Below, one piece after another: positions 1-9,200 of a stretch of DNA of 20,000 bases (its first letter is position 1; every line of letters begins with the position of its first letter). The stretch comes from an uncultured virus (IMG/VR IMGVR_UViG_3300021093_000053) (lineage: Duplodnaviria; Heunggongvirae; Uroviricota; Caudoviricetes): the IMG/VR virus record IMGVR_UViG_3300021093_000053. One strand, 5' to 3'. Under the pieces are notes generated by a model, which was not told where the DNA came from, did not search any database, and worked only from the letters and a program-made list of their open reading frames with translations. Both the position numbers and the translations under genes were made by a program.

Positions 1-69
1 AATCGACCTAAATTTACCAACACCTGTACGGTCTGATGGTAATACTAAAACTTTAATTTTTTCTGACAT
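1..69 (-). CDS. 5' end of a probable GT-B glycosyltransferase (runs off the left edge; not in the ORF track)
   Basis: ATG at 69 on the minus strand reads MSEKIKVLVLPSDRTGVGKFRSI with no stop to position 1. A hydrophobic beta-strand followed by 'D.TGVGK.R' resembles the N-terminus of GT-B glycosyltransferases of large phages. Only 23 codons are visible. Confidence 0.55.
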   Translation of the reverse strand, partial: MSEKIKVLVLPSDRTGVGKFRSI

Positions 70-90
70 ATTTTTATATATAACATAGAA

Positions 91-119
91 AATATAGTCA
101 GATAAACAGACATTATCAA
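91..119 (-). promoter_or_regulatory. Possible host-sigma-type promoter for the left-edge gene
   Basis: Minus strand reads TTGATA-N17-TATATT(TTC), between the terminator and the ATG at 69. The AT-rich background makes a chance match possible. Confidence 0.3.
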
Positions 120-132
120 TATAATAATAAAT

Positions 133-158
133 AAAAAACCCCATCGATTGACGGGGTT
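133..158 (-). terminator. Rho-independent terminator of the minus-strand operon
   Basis: Minus strand AACCCCGTC-AATC-GATGGGGTT hairpin (one G-U pair) running into TTTTTTATTT, a few nt after the TAA of ORF 163..756. Confidence 0.85.
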
Positions 159-162
159 CAAG

Positions 163-756
163 TTATTGTACTTTTTTAATTTTGGTTACCTTACCTTCAA
201 AAATGTGTTTTCCAACTTTAAATTGGAAAAGCTCATTTGATTTTTGGGTTGATTCGGTCAACAAACCGTTTTCAGATAAAACTTCTTCAACAGTTTCTCT
301 CACAATATCTTTAATTTGTTTTGCGGTAAGTGAACTACTAATTTGATTTGGATTAGTTTGTTGTCTTTTAGGATTTGTCTCATTTATGACATTACCATTA
401 GAATTCATTAACCTCGTAGCTTTCTCAACTAACTCATTTGATAAAGTGGGACCTGACATACCATTAGGTTGTGCAATTGGATATTCTATCATAAGTTGTT
501 TTATTTCATCTGGTAATTTAGACCCCATAATTCTATCTACCGTAGGTGTTTCGGTATTATAAATTGGTTTTGATTGTTCCATCATAAATTCTTGTGGAAT
601 GTTGTAATTAGCTTTAGGATTATCAAAATTTTCAGTATTGGGAATGTTGTAATTTGCCAATGGTACATTTTGACCACTTCTCGGCATTTGATTATGAATA
701 TCCATCATTTTTTTGGATATCATTAATTTTTGTAATAAATCATTTTCGTTTGTCAT
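163..756 (-). CDS. Hypothetical phage protein (197 aa)
   Basis: Intact ORF tightly packed in the operon. N/Q/P-rich middle, a helical 'QIKDIVRETVEEVLSENGLLTES' segment and a short C-terminal beta element (FQFKVGKHIFEGKVTKIKK). Confidence 0.8.
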   Translation of the reverse strand: MTNENDLLQKLMISKKMMDIHNQMPRSGQNVPLANYNIPNTENFDNPKANYNIPQEFMMEQSKPIYNTETPTVDRIMGSKLPDEIKQLMIEYPIAQPNGMSGPTLSNELVEKATRLMNSNGNVINETNPKRQQTNPNQISSSLTAKQIKDIVRETVEEVLSENGLLTESTQKSNELFQFKVGKHIFEGKVTKIKKVQ

Positions 757-758
757 AT

Positions 759-1160
759 TTAAATGTTTTCTTCTTCATTATTAAAGACCGCGTTAATCAC
801 TACTCTTTTCATACTTCTATCACCTCTTGGATTATAACCAGGTTTTGGTGTGTTAAAATTTTCAGCGGTCGGTTTAAATGATAAAATTTTATCAAGTCTA
901 AAAAGTCTCCACCCAGGTAATGGTTGTTCACCTTTATATCCTGTGTGTGAAGAACCTTCTTCATCCCAAGCTCTTAAAACAGGGTTATCCGCTTTACTGT
1001 AACCAAAACAAACAGGTTCAATAACACGTAATCCCCTACCACCTGGCTCGTCACCATCATAATAAATTACTATTTTTTGTTTTTTCTTAATAGAATCTAT
1101 TATAGACTCGACAGAAGCTACTTCTAAAATAAGTGATTTAGTTATGTTGTAAAGTTTCAT
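759..1160 (-). CDS. Stand-alone WYL-domain protein (133 aa)
   Basis: Pattern 'IVIYY...R.IEP..FG......LRAW...W RLFRLDKI' matches the WYL (Sm/SH3-like) signature R.vEP / l.a. / RtFRlDRI. No HTH or WCX domain is visible. Confidence 0.8.
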   Translation of the reverse strand: MKLYNITKSLILEVASVESIIDSIKKKQKIVIYYDGDEPGGRGLRVIEPVCFGYSKADNPVLRAWDEEGSSHTGYKGEQPLPGWRLFRLDKILSFKPTAENFNTPKPGYNPRGDRSMKRVVINAVFNNEEENI

Positions 1161-1456
1161 TACGCGGATGGTGTTGTGTATGGTTTGTTAGGTTGATATT
1201 CGTTAATAACTATTTCAGCTTTTCTTTCCAAAATATCTTGGATTGCTCCTGCTCCTTGGTTATAAACATCTAAAAATCCTCCCGTACCTTTACCTTGCTC
1301 ATCACCATCGGCTAAAGCATCAGGATTAACACTTGAGTATTCATTTGCGGTCTTTTTAAAATCATTTTTAGGTAATAATTTAGCTCTTTCCGCCTCAGCT
1401 ATTGAACTTAACTCATTTTTAGGTTGTTCAAAATTTAAAGGTTCATTTACTGCCAT
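1160..1456 (-). CDS. Hypothetical phage protein (98 aa)
   Basis: Intact ORF whose stop overlaps the next ATG (TAATG). Contains a 'PDALADGDEQGKGTG' motif. Confidence 0.8.
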   Translation of the reverse strand: MAVNEPLNFEQPKNELSSIAEAERAKLLPKNDFKKTANEYSSVNPDALADGDEQGKGTGGFLDVYNQGAGAIQDILERKAEIVINEYQPNKPYTTPSA

Positions 1457-1458
1457 TT

Positions 1459-1929
1459 TTAAATTATTTTTTTAATTAAGTCGTTTATGCGTTTTAGGCT
1501 TTCGGTAACCTCCAAATTATAATATTCGGTGTTACTACTATGACTTTTTGATGGTCTATTTAAATTGTTTATTCCATTTTTTTCATGTGGGTCTATAAAT
1601 TGGTTAGGAAGAACTTCAGACCTATTTTGTTTTAAACTATGTACACCATCCCTCATTGATGTTAGGGTATTATCAACCCAATTTCTAACATAATGACCTC
1701 CATTTAATATAAATGGTAAATCGTTTTCTCTTCCATTGAATGAATCAAACCAATTTTTCATTCTTTTTAGTTGTTGGTATGAAATTTCACCATTATCTCT
1801 AAGTTCTTTATTTCTTCTAAAACCTTCGGTGTTTTCATCCGCACCTTGAGCTGCGTCATGACATTGTTTTAAATAGGTCATAACATCTTCAGGTAATTGG
1901 ACTTTATTTCCGTATAAATCTTTATTCAC
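1459..1929 (-). CDS. Hypothetical phage protein (156 aa)
   Basis: Intact ORF overlapping the upstream stop. Ends in an amphipathic 'VTESLKRINDLIKKII' helix. Confidence 0.8.
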   Translation of the reverse strand: MNKDLYGNKVQLPEDVMTYLKQCHDAAQGADENTEGFRRNKELRDNGEISYQQLKRMKNWFDSFNGRENDLPFILNGGHYVRNWVDNTLTSMRDGVHSLKQNRSEVLPNQFIDPHEKNGINNLNRPSKSHSSNTEYYNLEVTESLKRINDLIKKII

Positions 1930-2755
1930 TGGTTTTTAAAATACTTATAAGTTTATTAATACTTATACCTTCTTTGTCGGCAATTTTTTTAATTGATTGT
2001 AAGTTTTTAACTAATATTTTACTAACAGGGGAATCTTTTCTAACAACGTCAGAATAATCACTATCCTTTTTAGATAACATATCCTCAACCATTTTAATCA
2101 TTCTTTGTTTTTGTGCCTCTTCTAAAGAACCCTTCTCAACTAAACGTTGTTTAAGTTTACCCTTTTTTCTTTTTTGACCTTTTAATTTACCAAAGTCATT
2201 AGTCCTCTCAACAGGGTTATCAACACCCATATCTTTAAGAGTTTTTACTGATTCGATAAAATCCATATCTTTAGTTTCTTCATAACCAAAGGCATCTGAA
2301 AAATCAATCTCTTTAACAATATCTCCATCCTTTTCTTCACTTTCACCGTAATAAACTCTATAACCTCTAGTTACAGGGTCATTGGTTTGTCTTGTGGCAA
2401 CAATAGTTTGGTCCATTGTCTTCTTTGGGTGTAAGTACATATTAATAAATGGAATACTTGAGTCTCTAAAGGTACCGTCAGAACCTATTAATTCATTTAT
2501 TTCTTTAGTATCACTAACATCATCAAGTTCTTTTTCAATATCCTTCTTTTTAACTTTTTCTTTCTTGGTTAAAAATTTTTGGACAATTGATTTAACTTTT
2601 TTCTCATCTTTTTTATTGAAGTCTTTTTTGTTATCGGTTTTTCTAGATTCGGATAAAGTTTCCGCAACAGAATAATATAGGGAAATTTTATCACCTTTAT
2701 CTTTAAGGAAAAAATAACAATTATTATTAAAGTATTCTTTATTAAAATTAATCAT
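1922..2755 (-). CDS. Hypothetical phage protein (277 aa), K/D/E-rich
   Basis: First gene of the minus-strand operon. Intact ORF with a GTATTTAT motif 13 nt upstream. Confidence 0.8.
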   Translation of the reverse strand: MINFNKEYFNNNCYFFLKDKGDKISLYYSVAETLSESRKTDNKKDFNKKDEKKVKSIVQKFLTKKEKVKKKDIEKELDDVSDTKEINELIGSDGTFRDSSIPFINMYLHPKKTMDQTIVATRQTNDPVTRGYRVYYGESEEKDGDIVKEIDFSDAFGYEETKDMDFIESVKTLKDMGVDNPVERTNDFGKLKGQKRKKGKLKQRLVEKGSLEEAQKQRMIKMVEDMLSKKDSDYSDVVRKDSPVSKILVKNLQSIKKIADKEGISINKLISILKTSE

Positions 2756-2768
2756 GACTTTTTTATCA

Positions 2769-2795
2769 ATAAATACTTCGTTTTAATGTATTTAT
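2769..2795. promoter_or_regulatory. Divergent pair of GTATTTAT motifs (candidate phage late promoters)
   Basis: GTATTTAT on the minus strand at 2776..2769 (13 nt before ATG 2755) and on the plus strand at 2788..2795 (11 nt before ATG 2807). The same octamer occurs at 18553..18560. Confidence 0.55.
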
Positions 2796-2806
2796 CATAA
2801 AAAAAG

Positions 2807-5656
2807 ATGTCGAGTCAAAATATAAATCAATATGTAAGGAACAACCTATACCCAAAACTTTATTTGGATAGTTATGATATGTCCCTAACATCTGATGAAA
2901 CAGATTTTAATCAGGAGGTTGTTTTCTCACCTTATTTAATCGCTCAAACATATGGTAATAAACTACCAATCAATATTGACATAAATAATATTGATACCGT
3001 CCAAAATTTAAATTTAACATATAAAAATTATAACAATAACAATATTTTTGTTTCTCAAAATTATTACAACCCTGATAAATTAGATTTGAAATGTTTTACT
3101 GCAGAAACTTCATGTGATATAGGTTTAACAGGAATTGATAACGGTTTAGTAAATAAAATGACAGGTCAAACCATAACATTTACTAAAGGTTTATTTTCAG
3201 ATTTTTTAAAATTTGATAGGTTAAGTTTTGATAGAAGATTCAAAATGTTCCAAGTAACGGGGTATACAAATACTCCAAATGTAAGATTTTCTGGTTTTAA
3301 TAATACCGTATTATATGAAGTCGTTAGTAAAAACGACCCTGTAATCGGTAGATACCACGAATTATATGGAGGGTTTTATCAAGGGTTTTATAAACTTCAT
3401 GGTTATGATTATGAAATTTTTCCTGAAAGGATGACCAAAGGGTGGTCGGTCGAAATGATTCTTAAACCGAGATTATTTAATGAATATGTACTAGGACCTG
3501 GCGAGACAACATTAAATGGGATATACCCAAATAATAAAAATACATTTTTTTATTTTGGTACTAGAGCCGAGAATAAGTTTTATCATCATGCGGATGGTAC
3601 TCCTGATTGTTTTACAGGTTATACTCGAGTAACAACTCCTTTAACGGGTTTAAGTACATGCGCATGTTGTGATTTAACAATAAAGAATAGTAGATGTATA
3701 TATGTATACCCGCCAAGGTCTAAGGATGGTAAACATGACCCTAGAGTTAATTATGGTTGTGATACATGTGGTGGTTTAAAGACAAAACAGTTATCATGCG
3801 GGTGTGGTTGCGACAAACCACAATGTGAGAATTGTGGGTGGGAATGTCAAACACACATTTGCCCAACAACACCCACCCCAACCCCAACTCAAAGTCCTAC
3901 ACCAACCCCAACAAGTAATAATTGTATTGTTACCCCTACTTGTACACCTACATGTACTAAGTGTGATACTTGCGATGACTGTTTAGATTGTAAACCTGAA
4001 GGTTTTTCTTCTATTGAGGACACTTGTGAAAAGGACCCATTATACGACTCAATGTCAAATGCTTTTTCATTAAGATTATGTGGAGACCCTAAAAACCCAA
4101 AAATAGGTGTTAGATTTTTAAGATTTACAGGTGATTGTACAACTTCAGGAGAGTGTTCTACTAGTGGAATCACATACTCAACGGGATATACTATAACTGA
4201 TATATGTACACCACCAATATACCCAAGATGTGAAAAAGAAAATCCTGCTTGGTTAAATGAAGAACATTGGTTCCAAGTTAATGTTGTTTGGGAAAGATAT
4301 ACTTGGTTCGATTACTGTGATTTAAAATATCGTGGTGGATTAGGTGATATAACTAAACAAGTTTATTTAGAATCTTTAGCAAATAATACAACCTCATTAA
4401 TTAGTACTCCTTACACAAAAGAAAATGGTAAAGTTGCTGAAAAAATGGATATCATCAATTTAAATGAAAAATGGTTAATTGAGGGTAAAATGAGAAAGGG
4501 TAGATTAAAAATCTACATTAATGGTAAGATATTTCACACTATCGAGGATTTTGAGGAAATTATACCAAGAGCTCTAAATACTGATAAAGAAAAACAGGTT
4601 GGTGTACCATTTAATATCTCATGGGGCGGAGGAACACAAGGGCTTAGAGAAAACTTAACCTTCTCCTCAACAACAATTCCTAATGGACCCTATATCCAAG
4701 ACCCTGAGTGTTTTCCAACTAATGATTTAACGGCAACAACATTCAATGGGTTAACTACTAATATTTTAATCGAACAAAATTTTGCAGGTACTTTTGATGG
4801 AGGAATCTCACAATTTAGAATGTATGTAGAACCATTATCGGCACCTGAAGTTAAACACAATTTTAAATTACTTGTAAGTAAATTTAATATGTTTAATCCA
4901 GATTGTCCTAATTGTTCAACAACAATATGTAAACCTGACGACATTACTTATATACTTTCTGCAGATACTCCAACCACAACAACTGAAGACCCATTTGGTA
5001 ACGAACCTTTAGGTAGATTATATATTGAGGATTTAAGAGATAAAAATTATTTGATTGAAAGGAAGTTAAAATTAACTCCTAATAAACCAACTACAATGTA
5101 TTGGGAGTCCGATGAATGGTGGGGAGACCAAGGAAAAACTTCTGAATGTGTTGGTTACGCTTGGGCTCATTGGGTCGAGGACGGGCCAATCAAACATAGC
5201 GGTATCGCTCCAATAGTTCACCCAACAATTATTTATAAAGAAGCTCAAAAAATAGATGAGTGGCCTGGTGAAAATTATAAAGGAACTTCTGTTAGAGCGG
5301 GGGCCAAATATTTAAAGAGTATTGGTAGAATTGAGCAATATTTATGGACTTATGATATAAACGTTTTAATATCGACTGTATTAACTAAAGGACCTGTTGT
5401 TGTCGGTACTAATTGGTACTCATCGATGAATAGACCTAATATTAATGGTTTAATGAAAGTTTCGGGTTTCAAGATTGGAGGTCATGCCTATGTTATCAAT
5501 GGTGTTGATACAATTAAAAAACAATTTAGAATTAAAAATAGTTGGGGTCGTTCTTGGGGTAAACAAGGACATGCCTTTATTTCTTTTAATGATATGAATA
5601 AACTTATTAGACAAAACGGTGAAGTTTGTTTAGCTATAGAAAAAAGGTCTAACTAA
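2807..5656 (+). CDS. Probable virion protein: LamG/concanavalin-like domain with a Cys-rich insertion, plus a C-terminal papain-family (C1A) cysteine protease (949 aa)
   Basis: LamG-like elements 'WSVEMILKP', 'LKIYINGK' and '[24 protein letters not shown]'. C1A motifs DQGKTSEC (Gln775, Cys781), GGHAY (His893) and KNSWG.SWG..G (Asn911). Confidence 0.8.
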   Translation: MSSQNINQYVRNNLYPKLYLDSYDMSLTSDETDFNQEVVFSPYLIAQTYGNKLPINIDINNIDTVQNLNLTYKNYNNNNIFVSQNYYNPDKLDLKCFTAETSCDIGLTGIDNGLVNKMTGQTITFTKGLFSDFLKFDRLSFDRRFKMFQVTGYTNTPNVRFSGFNNTVLYEVVSKNDPVIGRYHELYGGFYQGFYKLHGYDYEIFPERMTKGWSVEMILKPRLFNEYVLGPGETTLNGIYPNNKNTFFYFGTRAENKFYHHADGTPDCFTGYTRVTTPLTGLSTCACCDLTIKNSRCIYVYPPRSKDGKHDPRVNYGCDTCGGLKTKQLSCGCGCDKPQCENCGWECQTHICPTTPTPTPTQSPTPTPTSNNCIVTPTCTPTCTKCDTCDDCLDCKPEGFSSIEDTCEKDPLYDSMSNAFSLRLCGDPKNPKIGVRFLRFTGDCTTSGECSTSGITYSTGYTITDICTPPIYPRCEKENPAWLNEEHWFQVNVVWERYTWFDYCDLKYRGGLGDITKQVYLESLANNTTSLISTPYTKENGKVAEKMDIINLNEKWLIEGKMRKGRLKIYINGKIFHTIEDFEEIIPRALNTDKEKQVGVPFNISWGGGTQGLRENLTFSSTTIPNGPYIQDPECFPTNDLTATTFNGLTTNILIEQNFAGTFDGGISQFRMYVEPLSAPEVKHNFKLLVSKFNMFNPDCPNCSTTICKPDDITYILSADTPTTTTEDPFGNEPLGRLYIEDLRDKNYLIERKLKLTPNKPTTMYWESDEWWGDQGKTSECVGYAWAHWVEDGPIKHSGIAPIVHPTIIYKEAQKIDEWPGENYKGTSVRAGAKYLKSIGRIEQYLWTYDINVLISTVLTKGPVVVGTNWYSSMNRPNINGLMKVSGFKIGGHAYVINGVDTIKKQFRIKNSWGRSWGKQGHAFISFNDMNKLIRQNGEVCLAIEKRSN

Positions 5657-6219
5657 TGAGTGAAATTATAGTAATAAAAAGTATAAATTACGATGGTGAA
5701 TTGGCGAATGTGTTATTTAAACCATCGGGGTCTAACAAAGTCATTAATTTGGGTAATATTACATTACCTTTTGAATTCGACCCTTCTTTATTAGTTCCTC
5801 CTTTAAAACCATATGGTGATTACACTATTTTCCTTGTTGAGGAAAGTTGTACTTATTATTTAAACGTTCCTGCACCAACTCCAACTCCAACACCTAGTAA
5901 CACAACTACAAAAACCCCCACACCAACACCAACTCCTACCCAAACACCAACTCAAACTATTGACCCTTGTAAATTTATTACACCAACACCAACTAAAAGT
6001 GTTACACCAACTAAAACACCTAAATCATCTCCAACACCTACACCAAGTTGGGACCCGTGTATAACACCATTCCCAACTAAAACTCCAACACCTACTAATA
6101 CTCAAACGCCTACATTAACTCCAACACCAACACTTATTACTTATTATATCACGAGTGAATCGGGTAATCCTATAATTTCTGAAGATAATAATTATATTAT
6201 TCCTGAAGATTGTGAATAA
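5656..6219 (+). CDS. Small Pro/Thr-rich protein, probable virion fibre or adaptor (187 aa)
   Basis: Coupled to the upstream gene (TAATG). Beta-rich N-terminal ~70 aa, a PT stalk with two DPC motifs, and a C-terminal '[19 protein letters not shown]' motif. Confidence 0.75.
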   Translation: MSEIIVIKSINYDGELANVLFKPSGSNKVINLGNITLPFEFDPSLLVPPLKPYGDYTIFLVEESCTYYLNVPAPTPTPTPSNTTTKTPTPTPTPTQTPTQTIDPCKFITPTPTKSVTPTKTPKSSPTPTPSWDPCITPFPTKTPTPTNTQTPTLTPTPTLITYYITSESGNPIISEDNNYIIPEDCE

Positions 6220-6239
6220 CGATAAATATATATTATTAA

Positions 6240-9200
6240 ATGATTCAATCAATAGAAATAACTGGTGCGTCAGGTACAGGTCCTTACGACATTGAGGTAT
6301 GTGATATCACATTATCATTGTGTGTACCAATTGCGTCATCAGTTCCTATACCACCAACCTATCAATTTACATTACCTAACGTTTTAAGTGGTGCAACTGA
6401 AGTTGTTGTAAGATTAATTGATTCTGAGGGATGTCCTTGTTTACAGGTATGCCCATGTATTTTACCTAGCCAAACGCCAACATTAACCCCTACAATAACA
6501 CCAACAATGACAGTTAATTGTAATTGTCTTGAGTTTAATAATGAGGATGTTATTGAACATACAATTTCTTTTATTGATTGTAGTGGTAATAATATAGACA
6601 CTGTTATTTCACCTGAAACGGTATTAACTTTTTGTGGTAAAAGTCCTTCAGTTAGTAGCCCTTCAGTTATTGTTACAATAGGGGATTTTTGTGTTGGAGG
6701 AGTGTGTCCTCCCCCACCACCGACATTAACTCCTACACAAACACCGACTAACACCTCAACACCAACAATTACACCAACAAAAACATTGGTACCTTTAGTG
6801 GGATATTTCCAATATTGTTGTGACCCGTCAAATATTGTTATTATCTCAACAATTCCTCTTAGTTATTATCCATTGAGTGGAGTTTATTATGTTGAAAGTG
6901 CAGGTTTTAATGGTTGTGTTACTTCAATACCTCCAACATTTTCACCTAATGCGTATGTTTACATCGATGCAATATCGTTTACTTCATGTTCTGATTGTGA
7001 ATCAACTTATCCATGTCCTTCACCAACCCCTACTGTAACACCTACCATCACCCCAACGGAAACCGTTACACCCACTGTAACATCGACCCCAACTACAACG
7101 CCAACAGTTACACCAACGGAAACCGTTACACCCACTGTAACATCGACCCCAACTACAACGCCAACAGTTACACCAACCGAAACTGTCACTCCAACAGTTA
7201 CTATAACACCTACTAATACCGTCACTCCAACAGTTACTAAAACATCAACTCCTACTATTACTCCCACTAAAACTTCAACTGTTACCCCAACTGTAACTAG
7301 AACCCAAACGATTACACCAACTAATACGGTAAGACCAACTAATACTCCTACCAATACTATAACTCCAACAAAAACTCAAACACCAACTATTACACCAACA
7401 CACACAATTACTCAGACTAATACGGTAACGCCAACTAACACTGTTACCCCAACTAATACCATTACCCCAACAATTACAAGAACTCCAACTAATACCATAA
7501 CACCAACTAATACACCTACTAATACTGTAACTCCGACTAATACTATAACTCCAACTAATACTGTAACTCCGACTATAACACCTACTAATACCATTACCCC
7601 AACAATTACAAGAACTCCAACTAATACCATAACACCAACTAATACACCTACTAATACTGTAACTCCGACTAATACTATAACTCCAACTAATACTGTAACT
7701 CCGACTATAACACCTACTAATACTGTAACTCCAACTAATACTATAACTCCAACTAATACTGTAACTCCATCTATCACGCCTACTAAAACTGTAACACCTA
7801 CTAATACTATTACTCCAACTATTTCATTAACACCAACAAGAACTCAAACTCCAACTATAACACCTACTAATACTGTAACTCCAACTAATACTGTAACTCC
7901 ATCTAATACTGTAACTCCGACTATAACACCTACTAATACTATTACTCCAACTATTTCATTAACACCAACAAGAACTCAAACTCCGACTATAACACCTACT
8001 AATACTATTACTCCAACTAATACTATAACTCCAACTAATACTGTAACTCCGACTATAACACCTACTAATACTATTACTCCAACTAATACTGTAACACCTA
8101 CTAATACTGTAACTCCAACTAATACTGTAACTCCAACTAATACACCTACTAATACTGTAACTCCGACTATAACACAAACACCAACTAATACTGTCACCCC
8201 TACAGTTACTCCAACTATTTCATTAACACCAACAAGAACTCAAACTCCAACTATAACACCTACTAACACTGTAACTCCAACTAATACTGTAACTCCGACT
8301 ATAACACCTACTAATACTGTAACTCCAACTAATACTGTAACTCCGACTATAACACCTACTAATACTGTAACTCCGACTAATACTGTAACTCCAACTAATA
8401 CTGTAACTCCGACTATAACACCTACTAATACTATTACTCCAACTAATACTGTAACTCCAACTATAACACCTACTAATACTATTACTCCAACTAATACTGT
8501 AACTCCATCTATCACGCCTACTAAAACTGTAACACCTACTAACACTGTAACTCCAACTAATACTGTAACTCCAACTAATACTATAACTCCAACTAATACT
8601 CAAACTCCATCTATCACACCTACTAAAACTGTAACTCCAACTAATACCATAACACCAACTAATACTGTAACTCCGACTAATACTCAAACTCCATCTATCA
8701 CGCCTACTAAAACTGTAACTCCAACTATAACACAAACACCAAGTAATACTGTAACTCCGACTATAACACCTACTAATACCATAACACCAACAAGAACTCA
8801 AACTCCAACTATAACACCTACTAATACTATTACTCCAACTATTTCATTAACACCAACAAGAACTCAAACTCCAACTATAACACAAACACCAACTAATACA
8901 CCTACTAATACTGTAACTCCGACTAATACTGTAACTCCGACTAATACTATAACTCCATCTATCACGCCTACTAAAACTGTAACACCTACTAATACTATTA
9001 CTCCAACTAATACACCTACTAATACTGTAACTCCAACTAATACTGTAACTCCATCTATCACGCCTACTAAAACTGTAACACCTACTAATACTATTACTCC
9101 AACTAATACACCTACTAATACTGTAACTCCAACTAATACTGTAACTCCATCTATCACGCCTACTAAAACTGTAACACCTACTAATACTATTACTCCAACT

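Noticed and set aside
654..4944. Short alternative ORFs 654..881, 2382..2675, 3804..3986, 3889..4173 and 4690..4944
   Set aside because: They overlap longer, better-supported genes on the opposite strand or in another frame and show no recognisable motifs.
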